From a virus, in IMG/VR virus record IMGVR_UViG_3300031957_002603, positions 32,001 through 96,000 of that record: a stretch of DNA of 64,000 nucleotides; one strand, 5' to 3'. A model generated the notes under the pieces. That model ran no database searches and was not told the origin of the DNA. It saw only the letters and a list, made by a program, of their open reading frames with translations. The position numbers and the translations under genes were made by a program. Positions within the stretch are counted from its first letter, which is position 1, and every line of letters starts with the position of its first letter. Positions 36,675 through 48,232 of this stretch are shown here, one piece after another.

Positions 36675-39600
36675 AGATTTATTTGGTAAATCAAAAGTAG
36701 CAGTTATTGAAAGTTCTGAAAGTGGCAGTGTTGATCTAGAATCGCCCACTTTCCTAGACACGGTCATAAAAGATAATTCAACTTTCGTTCCTTTTTTGGA
36801 CTTTTCTGATCCAAATCTGTTTGTAAAGTTTGGTTCTGCCGAACTTTATTACGACTCTGCAATTAAAAGAATTTACCAAACATATCCTTACGATGGCTCA
36901 GACAACGAGAAACTACAGTTCCAATTGTCCTCGTCTTATCTTGAAGAGTGGCTTTATTACAATAAATATCCACGCTCCACTGGTTACGCCATTTTCAGCG
37001 CCAATGGTTGGGGCTCGCAAACTAGCGAGGCCGATGGTTATGGATATCCAGCCTCTCAAGAATACATTGACGCTGCTGGTGGCCTACATACAGCCTCTGC
37101 TGGTATGCTGACAGGCAAACTCTACGAAAACTTTGATAAATCAATCAAATACGACGCAAACAAAAATAGAACACAAAACTTTCGCTTGATGCCAACAGAT
37201 GGTAACACAATCGAGTTCTGGCTCAAAAAAGATGCATTCGATGTTGCCAGCACAGAGAAAGAAGTTATTCTTGACCTTTGGAATACAGAAGACACATCAT
37301 CTTCTGATTATGGTCGTTTAACAATTTACTTATCAGGCTCGGGCGTTGGAGATTCTGGTGCAAACCCAATTAGGGTTACCCTTAGAAACGGAACACAAGG
37401 ATTTGACGATCAAGCAATCGCCAGTTCTGATTTTACAACCTCCTCATTAGCAGATTCAAATTGGCATCACTACGCTATTTCTTTCGTATCTCAAGCATCA
37501 AGTATAAAATCTTACTTCTACGTCGATGGTGCTTTGGAGAATGAACTTGATATCGGCTCTGCTGGTATTGATGAAATCTCTGGTAGAGTCAATGCTCGTA
37601 TCGGTGCTCTAAAGACATCGCCCGATGGATCGTCTGCCCTCGCTGGTGCTGGTAAATTAAGCGGCTCATTGGATGAATTTAGATTCTGGAAAACACGACG
37701 CACCTCTAAACTTATTAATCAGAATTGGTTCCAACCAATTGCCGGTGGCGCAAACACCGAGGACAACAACACCGCCCTAGGGTGTTATTATAAATTTAAC
37801 GAAGGTATCACGACTACAAACTCAGTTGACGCAAAAGTGCTTGATTACTCTGGCCGACTAACCAATGGTACATGGACCGGATATTCATCTGCTTCTCGTA
37901 ATACTGGCTCTTGTTTTGTATCTGCTTCTGTGATTTCGGTCGAAGAACCAGATCCGATCATCTACAGCACTCATCCAGATGTCGTCTCTCTTTCATCCGA
38001 GATGCAGACCAGTGGGTCCGATTACGACACCACAAACACAACTTATCTATTTCAAAAACTACCACAGTTTCTTCAAGACGAAGACATCGATAATGATGAT
38101 GATATAAAGAAATTATTTCAAATCATCTCTTCTTACTTTGATACAATCTATTCTCAAACCAAGGTCCTCCCCGAACTCACTCAAAAGAATTATTTCTCGT
38201 CCTCAATGAAGCCGCTTCCGTTTGCAAATAAGTTGCTCGAAAGCCGTGGCTTCATGACAAGAGAATTGTTTGTGGACACTGAAGTTCTTGAGTTCTACAG
38301 AGGCAACGATTTACAAAATCTCAAATACGCCGAGAATGTAAATAAAATTAAAAACCAAATTTATCACAACATCTACAATAACCTCGACTATATTCTAAAG
38401 TCAAAGGGAACCGAAAAGTCAATGAGGAACTTTCTTCGTTGCTTTGGTATTGACGATGAATTAGTTAAACTAAATCTCTATACAGACGGAGGCACTCACT
38501 ATTTCACCGATGTATTTAAGAATACCTCGGTCACAAAGAAATATCTAAACTTTAATAATCCAGATTATTTCTCCTCCACCGTTTACCAAACCTCGTCCGC
38601 CAATAACTCAAATGTTTACATCTCGGGCTCTGGTATGAAGGGCTCAACCGAGAAACTTGAAAGATTCAATGCTTTTACTTTCGAAATTGACACGATCATC
38701 CCAGAAAAGATTGATATCACAGAGCAAGGCTTCTTTGACACAACATTCTTGTCTTCCTCAATTGGTGGCTTCCACCAGCCTGCCACCGGTGCAATAGGCG
38801 ACCAATATCACTGGTCGACAGAAGACAATATCGCCAACGTCCAAATATACACCGTAAAGGACAAAATTAACTCCGAGAGAGCAAAGTTTTTAATAACAAA
38901 TGAAGACGGAACCCTATTCCTTACCTCGAGTTTTTACACTGAAATCTATAGCAATAATAGGTGGAATTTGAGTGTAAGAGTCGCTCCTAATGGCTATGGT
39001 GTATATGGCTCTGTTTTGTCAAGTTCGAATCCTGATTATACGCTGACTTTCTACGGTGTCAATCATCAATTTGGCGAGGTAAGAGAAGAATTTAAATTAA
39101 CTGCCTCGTTGAATAATACTTCGGGCTCTGCGTATGTTTGCAATCCAAAGATTGTATACGCCGGCGCTCATTACGAAAACTACACTGGATCGCTGCTTCA
39201 AGAGTCCGATGTTCAGATTGGTGGTTGCCGTTATTGGTTTGATTTCCTTGAAGACGCTGACCTTAAGGCACACTCTCTCGATGTCACCAGCATTGGTGTT
39301 GACAACGCAACTCGATGCGGTACGATGTTTACATATGAGATTTCTGGAACCGTCTTGCCTCGTGCTGACATGCTTGCGCTCAACTGGGATTTTGATACGG
39401 TCACTGGCTCTGACTCAAGCGGTAACTTTGATGTTTTTGATCTGACTTCTGGTTCTACCACGGCTCGACCAATTTATGGCTGGCTTGACAATATCGTCGA
39501 GACAGACCACCCAGCGATCGGCGCAAACTTCGGAGCGTCAAAGACGTCTTTCGTTGAGAACGAATTAATATACACAGCAAAGAAAGAACTGCCCGAGATC

Positions 39601-42600
39601 TCTGTAAGTTCCGAGAACATTTATATTAAAGGCGATTTCCAAAAATTCTTTGTCAAGGACGACGATGTAAGCGACAACTTCTACTCGCTTGAGAAGTCAA
39701 TGTATCAAGTTATCTCTGACGAGATGCTTTCAATGTTTGCATCCGCTGTTGAGTTCAACAACTTGATGGGCGAAGCAGTCGATAGATACAGACACCGTTA
39801 TAAGAATCTTGATAAGATGCGTCAATTGTTCTTTGAGAAAGTCGAGTCCGATATGGACTTCGATAAATTTACAAATTATTACAAATGGATTGACTCATCG
39901 ATCTCGGAAATGATGACACAGTTGTTTCCGTTCTCTGCAAGACATTCAGAGGGAATCGCAGATATTGTCGAGAGCCACATTCTCGAGAGAAATAAATATC
40001 AAAACAAGTTCCCATTGACAACTCGACTTGCATCAACCGAGGGCTCGGCTCGAGGTGTTGGCGAACTAACTTACAATTGGAAGTTCGGACATGCTCCGTT
40101 TCCTTTCCGTGCCGAAGCCGAGAATGAAAACTGCCTCTGGAACAAAGAACGAAAAGAAAGAACAGATATATCAGATCGACAAGTAATTCAAAACTCTATC
40201 TTGAATCACAATAGTGCTTCTGCTCCGCTGCTGGCAACAGACGACGGCACAATGTACTTTGGCTCAACTTATGCAATCAACCGCTTAAGCAAGCCATACA
40301 AAGAGAGCATTGCCTTTAACGATTCAGTCCACGGTGGAACCAACTATTCCAAGATTAAAGATCGTGATTTTGTTTATAGTGCCACACGCATTCATGGTCC
40401 AGTATCGCAACAATACCCTCGAGGCATTCCTCAAAACGTAATGGTTGTTGGCGTCGGCGAAGGTCAAGGCACAGATGCCTTTATCGATTGCAAAGATGTC
40501 GAGGATCCAAACGAAAAAAGAAAGTGGCGCTTTACCGCTGTTGTTGGTCGTTTTGCCACTGGACAAAACCCACAAGCCAGACAAGGCGAAGATTATACTC
40601 ATAAAGTCAAATCCGAGGCATATTGGCCGGCAAATTTGATCTCTGGTAATGTCGAAGGGGGTTATGCCGACCTTGTGACAACAAAGTTCAAAAGTGGCTC
40701 AATTATAACGAATTTACACTCGGATACATTTTCTCCAACAAATGAGATCGGTCTTCAATCTCCGTTCACAAATGCTTGGGTTGGAGGACACCAATCCCGC
40801 CATGTTAATTTAAATACCTACATTGAATCTAGAGAAGGAAACCATGCGAGAGGCGGAATAGTTATTATCAATCAACCGAGTGACGGTGAAGAAGTTGTGA
40901 TAAGTGATGGAGTAATAAGTGTCACTTTCACTCTTAAATCTACAGCGACAGCCAACAACCATGTTCAAATTGGTGCAGACGCCGAAGAAACTTTAGACAA
41001 CTTTATAATAAAAATAAATGATTTTCCTTCATTTAAAATAACTGCATCAAAATTAAATTTTGCTACGATTGATTTAGTAAATGATGAACCCGGAGTTTTT
41101 GGCAATGTGCCAATGACCGATACGTTGGTATTTCCAAATCGAGTTGTGGTTGGCATGTCAGGCGGAACTTTTGAAGAAAGCCGTAATGGCCTAGACGATC
41201 AATACACCCGTCCCGAAGCATGGCGGCTTTTATTAAGAGAATGTGCCGATGGTACTCAAGGTACCTCATCTTTTCAAGGATCAAACGACGGAGCCATGGG
41301 CTTTGTTGGGCCTGACTATGGTGGCCCATATCCTGACAAATCTCGTAAGTACGCTTTCCGATATCGTGAGGAAAGAACAAAGCGTCCTGTTAATTTAAAA
41401 AATATTAAAACAACAACCGGCTCTGCGGTGCTAGGAAACTATACGGAGAACTATGAAGTCGTTCATACCTTTGGGATGAAAGGCAATAGCCCTGTTTTAA
41501 AAGAAACAACTGGCTCTCTACTGCCTTCTCACATAGGAAACTTACTCCCAGCAACCACCAATTACCAGACGCTCATTGCACAAACAACTGGTGCATACGG
41601 TAATGTTTTTGGAGACATTAATTCGTCTTCTATAGAACATCCGGATCCTTTATCAAGCCATACAGAGAACAATAGGCAATATAAGATCCCTGCTACTCCT
41701 GCTGTTGAAGGGCAATTGGCTACTGTCGGACTGGCATTCAAGATACCTCCACATGATGTTGTCGGAGCCGGCAGTACTTTGACAGTGCCAACAACTGGTT
41801 CTGGAATCACCATCGGAATCGACGCAGATGGTTCCGATTTAAGAGTAAATACAGATGGCAGCGATACTAACTTTCGCAACAATTTGTCATTTGCTCTAGC
41901 AGATGCCACTCTATATGGTAGTGTAAAAACTACAACAGAGGGCGGTGATACTGATACTTGTTTTCAAATAAATTCACCCGGCAGTGCGGCTTTAAGAATG
42001 CCGAATCTTATAGTCAATGGTGCCTATCCTTTAATCAAAGAATCAAACGATGATGACTTCTATTGGGCAGGATGGATTTATTATCCATCTGGCAGCACAG
42101 GAATTTTTAGAAGAATTTTTGCTATTTATGACGATGGCAATTCACTGTTAAAATGTGGTGTCATGGTTTCTTCAAATGGTCATGATTTATATCTTAGTTT
42201 AAGAGATGAATCTTCAATGCGTCATTGGTTATATAACAACGCCGGCGCAAACTTTGATGATACTCATGCAAATCAGTGGACCCATATCGCCGTCTCATTT
42301 AACAGTTCGTCAGTACTACAACAAGATTCGGTTACTTTATATATTAACGGAGTCAGCGCTTCAATAGATACTTTCCCTACTTTGGGTGGCGCACAATATT
42401 CTGCTTCTCATGATAGTACGATTGCAATTATGCAAGATGGAGATGGGACCAATACAACTTTTCGTCAACAATGGTCTGGCTCTGCGACAAATTGGGTATT
42501 TGGAACTGGTTCATTACTATCTACAGATGTTTTGAAACTGTACAACCATGGGTACGTCTGGGATACAGAATATAGTGCGTCAGAAATAGCAGCACATTGG

Positions 42601-43929
42601 AAATTCGGAGGTACGTCTTCTTTTGGAACAGATGAAATTGTACAACCGGGCGCTAAGTTTTTTAATCACTTAAGTAGCGACTATTTTATAACAGCGTCAA
42701 ATCCAGTTGTTGCCGCATTTGATACTACATTGTCATTTCAAACAGCCGGAACTAATGGTGGATCGCTTTATACACCGAGAATATCAACGTTTAGTTTGAC
42801 AGCATCATTACAGAATTCAAATTATAACGGCGCGATTACATCAACCGGAGATACAATTTACCTTAATGGTGTTGAATATTCGGATCCATTCTTTAGTTTG
42901 GGTACATTATCCGGTGGTGTTACACCAATTGCCGCACAACCAGAGGTTTCAAATATAACAGAAATCCAGCGAGATGATCTAACCTCATCGAACTCGATTA
43001 TCAGAACTCGCTTCTCTGCTCCCGGTGGTCCCGAGATTAACACGAGAGGATACTTAGATATCGGCTCTCAAGAGTTCTCTGTTTACAATGCAATGCCTTT
43101 CCGCAATCTGTCGGTCCTTGGGTCTGGTTCTGGTGAGGACACAACAATAAGAGTTGATAGTCCTGCGTCGAGACGAGAAGGTTTGAGAACACTTTACACA
43201 AGACATTGCGGAAGATACGGAATCGACTCACAATTTGGAGCGATCCAAGAAGATTCTTATGTCGTGGTTGATGCATCTTATCACAAAATTAATCGTAATA
43301 CAAGGGTAGTTGTCGAGACCGGTTCACTAATTATTACTGAAAGTGTTGACAATTTTCATGTTTCAAGACCAATTCCATCACAAGATTATGGATACGCATG
43401 GGTGACTGCGTCTTTATCAGAAGAATTGTCTCCGAGAACAACAGGAAATCAAGTGGTATTTGGTTATTGGCCAAAAGACGGTATATCAAAAGCAAACCCA
43501 GACCTTCAATGGAGAGACAACGGATTTGATTCTGCGGTTAATTTTCCAACTGGATCTACAGGTGCATTCTCTAGCACTGCATCTGGAACAATAACAATAT
43601 CTGTTAATCCAACCGATGGTGATACTATTACTTTTGGAACAACAGCCGCAAATACTACTACTTTTACTTTTAAAAACACTCCATTAGTAGATACTCATAT
43701 ACAAATAGGTGCTGGTGCTTCTCTCACGCTGGGAAATTTACTAAACAAATTGATTTCAACTTTTGGACTAGTTGGGGTTTCTCAACTACCTGTTGTCGGA
43801 TCTACTATGAATGTAACAAATGTTGGCAGCGAGAACATTGAAATAAGTGAAACCTTCACATCACCTAGTAATACTGTTTCTGGGCTTACGGGTGGTTTTA
43901 AACAAGGTCTTGTAGGAGTAACTTCATAA
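36664..43929 (+). CDS. Giant baseplate/tail protein (2421 aa) with LamG/concanavalin-like domains
   Basis: LamG motifs (TIEFWLK, WHHYAISF, FYVDG, GSLDEFRFW; WTHIAVSF, LYING) and gp7/tail-I-like LKSKGTEKSMRNFLRCFGI. Confidence 0.75.
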   Translation: MTIKDLFGKSKVAVIESSESGSVDLESPTFLDTVIKDNSTFVPFLDFSDPNLFVKFGSAELYYDSAIKRIYQTYPYDGSDNEKLQFQLSSSYLEEWLYYNKYPRSTGYAIFSANGWGSQTSEADGYGYPASQEYIDAAGGLHTASAGMLTGKLYENFDKSIKYDANKNRTQNFRLMPTDGNTIEFWLKKDAFDVASTEKEVILDLWNTEDTSSSDYGRLTIYLSGSGVGDSGANPIRVTLRNGTQGFDDQAIASSDFTTSSLADSNWHHYAISFVSQASSIKSYFYVDGALENELDIGSAGIDEISGRVNARIGALKTSPDGSSALAGAGKLSGSLDEFRFWKTRRTSKLINQNWFQPIAGGANTEDNNTALGCYYKFNEGITTTNSVDAKVLDYSGRLTNGTWTGYSSASRNTGSCFVSASVISVEEPDPIIYSTHPDVVSLSSEMQTSGSDYDTTNTTYLFQKLPQFLQDEDIDNDDDIKKLFQIISSYFDTIYSQTKVLPELTQKNYFSSSMKPLPFANKLLESRGFMTRELFVDTEVLEFYRGNDLQNLKYAENVNKIKNQIYHNIYNNLDYILKSKGTEKSMRNFLRCFGIDDELVKLNLYTDGGTHYFTDVFKNTSVTKKYLNFNNPDYFSSTVYQTSSANNSNVYISGSGMKGSTEKLERFNAFTFEIDTIIPEKIDITEQGFFDTTFLSSSIGGFHQPATGAIGDQYHWSTEDNIANVQIYTVKDKINSERAKFLITNEDGTLFLTSSFYTEIYSNNRWNLSVRVAPNGYGVYGSVLSSSNPDYTLTFYGVNHQFGEVREEFKLTASLNNTSGSAYVCNPKIVYAGAHYENYTGSLLQESDVQIGGCRYWFDFLEDADLKAHSLDVTSIGVDNATRCGTMFTYEISGTVLPRADMLALNWDFDTVTGSDSSGNFDVFDLTSGSTTARPIYGWLDNIVETDHPAIGANFGASKTSFVENELIYTAKKELPEISVSSENIYIKGDFQKFFVKDDDVSDNFYSLEKSMYQVISDEMLSMFASAVEFNNLMGEAVDRYRHRYKNLDKMRQLFFEKVESDMDFDKFTNYYKWIDSSISEMMTQLFPFSARHSEGIADIVESHILERNKYQNKFPLTTRLASTEGSARGVGELTYNWKFGHAPFPFRAEAENENCLWNKERKERTDISDRQVIQNSILNHNSASAPLLATDDGTMYFGSTYAINRLSKPYKESIAFNDSVHGGTNYSKIKDRDFVYSATRIHGPVSQQYPRGIPQNVMVVGVGEGQGTDAFIDCKDVEDPNEKRKWRFTAVVGRFATGQNPQARQGEDYTHKVKSEAYWPANLISGNVEGGYADLVTTKFKSGSIITNLHSDTFSPTNEIGLQSPFTNAWVGGHQSRHVNLNTYIESREGNHARGGIVIINQPSDGEEVVISDGVISVTFTLKSTATANNHVQIGADAEETLDNFIIKINDFPSFKITASKLNFATIDLVNDEPGVFGNVPMTDTLVFPNRVVVGMSGGTFEESRNGLDDQYTRPEAWRLLLRECADGTQGTSSFQGSNDGAMGFVGPDYGGPYPDKSRKYAFRYREERTKRPVNLKNIKTTTGSAVLGNYTENYEVVHTFGMKGNSPVLKETTGSLLPSHIGNLLPATTNYQTLIAQTTGAYGNVFGDINSSSIEHPDPLSSHTENNRQYKIPATPAVEGQLATVGLAFKIPPHDVVGAGSTLTVPTTGSGITIGIDADGSDLRVNTDGSDTNFRNNLSFALADATLYGSVKTTTEGGDTDTCFQINSPGSAALRMPNLIVNGAYPLIKESNDDDFYWAGWIYYPSGSTGIFRRIFAIYDDGNSLLKCGVMVSSNGHDLYLSLRDESSMRHWLYNNAGANFDDTHANQWTHIAVSFNSSSVLQQDSVTLYINGVSASIDTFPTLGGAQYSASHDSTIAIMQDGDGTNTTFRQQWSGSATNWVFGTGSLLSTDVLKLYNHGYVWDTEYSASEIAAHWKFGGTSSFGTDEIVQPGAKFFNHLSSDYFITASNPVVAAFDTTLSFQTAGTNGGSLYTPRISTFSLTASLQNSNYNGAITSTGDTIYLNGVEYSDPFFSLGTLSGGVTPIAAQPEVSNITEIQRDDLTSSNSIIRTRFSAPGGPEINTRGYLDIGSQEFSVYNAMPFRNLSVLGSGSGEDTTIRVDSPASRREGLRTLYTRHCGRYGIDSQFGAIQEDSYVVVDASYHKINRNTRVVVETGSLIITESVDNFHVSRPIPSQDYGYAWVTASLSEELSPRTTGNQVVFGYWPKDGISKANPDLQWRDNGFDSAVNFPTGSTGAFSSTASGTITISVNPTDGDTITFGTTAANTTTFTFKNTPLVDTHIQIGAGASLTLGNLLNKLISTFGLVGVSQLPVVGSTMNVTNVGSENIEISETFTSPSNTVSGLTGGFKQGLVGVTS

Positions 43930-46900
43930 TGGCACAATTTGTTGATTTTGTTGGATTAAATACGTTTATATATGAGGCGAATGGATATACTTATGAAATA
44001 AGTGATTTAGCCACAGAAGAATATTCTGCTAATGAATATATTTCAAAAGCAGGTCTTGTAGGTACAAAATTGGTCCTTTTGTATCCAAATACCATTGGCA
44101 ATTTTGGCTTTGCGGGAAGTGCCCTAGAATATGCAGACCTCGAAAATATGGATCCAAGACAAACTAATAGGTTTGCTTTTGAATATCGTGACATCAGAAA
44201 TTTAATTAATTCAAATTTTCCTCTTTATCTTTCTGCTTCCATGCATGGAATAGAATCATCTGCATCTTATTTCCCCGCTCTAATGTTAAAAAGAAATGGT
44301 CCATACGGACACCCGATGTTCAAGCAAATCCGAGTTCACCAGAATCCTCTTACCCGGAGACAAATAAAAGAGAACATTTTTACAATTGTGGAAACACCGT
44401 CGCAAGAAGCCATAAGAACATTTGGCAACAATAAAATTGAAACAATTCGTTCAAGATATGGTAACATTGTCGGATTTAGAGAAGCAATGGTGACATCTCG
44501 ATATCAGCCACTCGATTGGCTATTGGGCTTCTCATCAGATGACGAAAGAATTGTAAATGCAGAGAACCCATCACAAGAGAACATTGAACGCTTGATTCTT
44601 CGTAATTCTTATGGAAATGACATTAACTTTTTTGCAAACGCTGAATTAGACAACCGTCTGGGTCTTGAGATTGAAGAAGATGAAGATTATGAAAGGATCT
44701 CAAACTTTTACCTTAATGGTGGCCTTGACGCTGATGATAGTCCTGCTTCAACATTTGAGTTTCTTAAATATCGTGAAACGGTTTTCCCAAGAGAGACGAA
44801 TGCTTTCAGAGCCATCTCGAGAAAAAGAACGAATTATCTTAACAATTTTTGGAGAGATGATCGACAAGACAGATCAATTATTACAACAGACGCATTCGGC
44901 AGCAAATATGTAACCAGTGCAACTGGGTCCGGATATAGAAGACCATCAATTTGGCCACTTGATGCAGATGTTAATTTTGCTAGTAGAGACATTAGAGATG
45001 TTCATGAAGAATTTCTTGGCTTCAATGCAAATTCTGGCCTAGGCCAATTATCCGGTGGCGCGGGTATTTTACAAAATCAATATTGCCAAATAACAACAGA
45101 ACCAGTCGAAGATCTTGGATCAGGCGACGTACAACCAGAATTTGATAATAATTTCCGCGCAGGTCCCTTGTATTCTAGAAGGCATACTCTTTCTTATAAT
45201 AAATATCGTGGATTGTCAACTATATTTAGTGCGTCGGTCACTGGATCGGTCGTTTCTCCAGATGGTATTTTTATACCAGAAACATCTTCTGCGGGCGGCG
45301 GATTGGCTGGCCTTGGAGTAAAAGGACAAGGTCAAGCACTATGGGAAGCCGGCGCTCAAGCAGGAAAGAACCCATTTTATTCTTCATATGACTATTGGTG
45401 GGAACAATTAAGATTAAAAGCAAAAGATTATTCAGTTGTTCCGGAATTCCGAATATCAGAATTTATCGAGACAATTGAAAAATCCGGATCTCAAACATTT
45501 ATTGACAATATGTTTGAAGTTACTGGCGGGTCATCGGGCGATATAGATCTAGAAAGGCCATATGATCAATTCTTTGGTAATGATTCATCCGAGACAAAGT
45601 TCTATGAAACTTATTCAACTTCTGATTTCATGAAGCATTTTGCAAAGATTAAAAAAGATCATGACGAATTTGTTGAACCATCAAAGATCACTCTAACATG
45701 TAAAGCATTTAAAAAATTTCTTGCATATGATTCTTTTTACCCTGCGAATCGAACAGTTGACCTCGCAACACAGTTTTCAAGATCATACGCTGATAATATT
45801 GAGTTTTCAAGTTCATTCGGAGACACAACAGGCGGCAATAATAAGAGACAGGTTGGATTGCAAGCAATTTTAAAACCAATGATGGCACCGGGTATTTTAT
45901 ATAATTCAATTAGATCTGGACTTGCTTGTGACTATCCAATTCACGATAATACATTGACTGGCGAAATCGCTTTATCATCCTCATCAGGTCCGGCTCTAAT
46001 TGCATATTCAAATGATAAAGAATTTACTACTAGATTGCCTTTTGAGACAATTTATAATCCTGAAAAATTCTTGTTTAATAAAAATATTGCATGCGATGAA
46101 CCAGATCCAAATGCAAATACAAATGTCAGGGCATCTTTGCAAGGAGGGTCTGATAATTTGTATAAAAAAATGATAAATAATTTCCTCGCTGAAACTACTA
46201 ACTTTTTCTTAGAAGACTCACAATTATCATTTATCGTTTCAAAAAAGCAATCTGATCCATCATTCGGAGTTATGGAAGCCGGAAAAACTTATGCAATGAG
46301 GATTAAAGTAGGAAAAACATATTCCACTTCTAGGAAGCCATTCTCAAATGAAAACGGTTCTTATTTCCCTCCCAATCAATATATCGAAGGCGATGATTAT
46401 GCTAGAGAGAATATAACTATGTATTCTAGGCCGAGCGCATTCGGCCCACCAAGTCCAGCATATGGCGACCGTCATGGAGCCGGAGCGTTAGGCGCAGGGA
46501 TTGGTTTTATGGGATCTTATATAGGATATAATTTCCCATATACACCTCCTTATTACTACGGAGAAGCATATTGTGATGTATTATTTCATGCCGAAAATAC
46601 ACAAAAGTACACTTTAACAGAAATTCTTCAAGGTTCAGAATACTACATCATTAGAGTAGATCCCGAATCTTATGCAAGTTCTTCGTTAAATATACGAGGC
46701 TTTAATAATCCTGCTTTTGGACCAACGACAGGATTGCAAGGAACAGGCTCAAGAGTAGGCTACCCCGATTACCTATCATCTTACGGTTTTTATCCGGATA
46801 GGTTTAGAGGCACCTATGATGATGGAATTAATAAAACAACATTTAATCGAACTTTAAACGTGGTAAATCGACATGCAATGCAACTAATTTCTTCAATTAA

Positions 46901-48221
46901 TGTAAATGGTAAGGCTGTTTTGTCTGAAGGCGCCGGACTTTCGTTTACCTCTTTGGCAGATGGTGACCCAAATGAAAGATGGATTATTCAACCAAAATGG
47001 GAAACACCAATATTAAATTTTAATGATGTTTCAATAACAACAAATGCAAACTATGACGCCCAAGCGCCTCGAGGTATGTGGCATCAATATGGAAGAATAC
47101 CAGAAGAAAACGAATCAATTTTCATGCAAGTAACAGATATTCCAATTAGTTGGAATGAAAACTTTATTGGAAACTCTGATTTTGCAGCAACTGGTTCGCT
47201 TGTAGATGTGTGTGGCTTTGACACATCTCAAGTCAAACTTGGCAAGGTTGAAAGTAAAAAGATTATTAAAGAGGCTGTTGTTGCCGTTCCTTATATTCAA
47301 AAAGCAAATAGAAAGCAATTCTATTCCATTGGAGAAGATCAAGTTTTCAATGCAAAGAAGTTTGTCGAGGTAACAAAAAAAGAACAGATTAATGCTCCTA
47401 GAGATGGCGATCAACCACCAGACTTTTATGGATCAAAAACAACAAGTGTCATCATTGACATGATAAGAAAGATGGATGAGTTTGTGTTTCCTCCAACGAT
47501 GGATTTCCTTCATTTTCCAGAAAAGGTTAAACCATTTGCAATGTATATCTTTGAATTTTCTCATGAACTTAATCAGCAAGATCTTGCAGACATATGGCAA
47601 AATCTTCCTCCAAGATTAGGCGAGAATTTTGAAGAAGCAGAAGCAACCATTTCACATCCGCTATTCTCCGATCACTTTCTTTCTTCAGTTCAAAGAGAGG
47701 AAGGACAGCAAACACCAACTGGTGGAACAATCGATACAGAGATTCGTTGGATGATTTTTAAAGTCAAGCAAAGAGCAGAAACCGATTATTCATCAAAAGT
47801 TGTGTCTGGTGTGAGCAACAAAACATTGAGAAAAAGAGTGTTGTTCCCAAAATCTCCACAAGAGCGTAAAGAAAACATTGATTCGCTATTGTCTTACAAC
47901 TGGCCTTATGATTATTTCTCTCTTGTTGAATTAGTTAAGTTAGATGCTGAATTCACATTTACCGATATTGATCCAAACAATCCCAATGCGCTCGGCAGAA
48001 AAGGTGACCCCAATAAAGATAAAGCAAAGAAAACAATTCAATCTAGATTAAAACAACCGGCACCACCGGCACCACCGACATTGTCACCACCAGTAAATAC
48101 TCCTGAAGGGCCGCAGGCATCTCAAGGGCAACCGGGTCCCGGAATGAGCATGCAAAGCCAAGCGCCTCAATTTAAGGCAGCCCAAATTTTTGGTGTTTTT
48201 CCAAAGCCCGGCGGTAATTAG
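43929..48221 (+). CDS. Large virion structural protein (1430 aa), Pro-rich C-terminus
   Basis: AGGAG SD, TAATG coupling, structural-module context; no catalytic motif recognised. Confidence 0.7.
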   Translation: MAQFVDFVGLNTFIYEANGYTYEISDLATEEYSANEYISKAGLVGTKLVLLYPNTIGNFGFAGSALEYADLENMDPRQTNRFAFEYRDIRNLINSNFPLYLSASMHGIESSASYFPALMLKRNGPYGHPMFKQIRVHQNPLTRRQIKENIFTIVETPSQEAIRTFGNNKIETIRSRYGNIVGFREAMVTSRYQPLDWLLGFSSDDERIVNAENPSQENIERLILRNSYGNDINFFANAELDNRLGLEIEEDEDYERISNFYLNGGLDADDSPASTFEFLKYRETVFPRETNAFRAISRKRTNYLNNFWRDDRQDRSIITTDAFGSKYVTSATGSGYRRPSIWPLDADVNFASRDIRDVHEEFLGFNANSGLGQLSGGAGILQNQYCQITTEPVEDLGSGDVQPEFDNNFRAGPLYSRRHTLSYNKYRGLSTIFSASVTGSVVSPDGIFIPETSSAGGGLAGLGVKGQGQALWEAGAQAGKNPFYSSYDYWWEQLRLKAKDYSVVPEFRISEFIETIEKSGSQTFIDNMFEVTGGSSGDIDLERPYDQFFGNDSSETKFYETYSTSDFMKHFAKIKKDHDEFVEPSKITLTCKAFKKFLAYDSFYPANRTVDLATQFSRSYADNIEFSSSFGDTTGGNNKRQVGLQAILKPMMAPGILYNSIRSGLACDYPIHDNTLTGEIALSSSSGPALIAYSNDKEFTTRLPFETIYNPEKFLFNKNIACDEPDPNANTNVRASLQGGSDNLYKKMINNFLAETTNFFLEDSQLSFIVSKKQSDPSFGVMEAGKTYAMRIKVGKTYSTSRKPFSNENGSYFPPNQYIEGDDYARENITMYSRPSAFGPPSPAYGDRHGAGALGAGIGFMGSYIGYNFPYTPPYYYGEAYCDVLFHAENTQKYTLTEILQGSEYYIIRVDPESYASSSLNIRGFNNPAFGPTTGLQGTGSRVGYPDYLSSYGFYPDRFRGTYDDGINKTTFNRTLNVVNRHAMQLISSINVNGKAVLSEGAGLSFTSLADGDPNERWIIQPKWETPILNFNDVSITTNANYDAQAPRGMWHQYGRIPEENESIFMQVTDIPISWNENFIGNSDFAATGSLVDVCGFDTSQVKLGKVESKKIIKEAVVAVPYIQKANRKQFYSIGEDQVFNAKKFVEVTKKEQINAPRDGDQPPDFYGSKTTSVIIDMIRKMDEFVFPPTMDFLHFPEKVKPFAMYIFEFSHELNQQDLADIWQNLPPRLGENFEEAEATISHPLFSDHFLSSVQREEGQQTPTGGTIDTEIRWMIFKVKQRAETDYSSKVVSGVSNKTLRKRVLFPKSPQERKENIDSLLSYNWPYDYFSLVELVKLDAEFTFTDIDPNNPNALGRKGDPNKDKAKKTIQSRLKQPAPPAPPTLSPPVNTPEGPQASQGQPGPGMSMQSQAPQFKAAQIFGVFPKPGGN

Positions 48222-48232
48222 AGAAACAAGAC

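Noticed and set aside
43915-43935. Programmed frameshift joining the 2421- and 1430-aa ORFs
   Set aside because: No slippery heptamer at the junction; the downstream gene has its own AGGAG SD and ordinary TAATG coupling.
48054-48092. Short tandem CCGGCACCA repeat
   Set aside because: Simply encodes the Pro-rich PAPPAPP tail; only about two copies.
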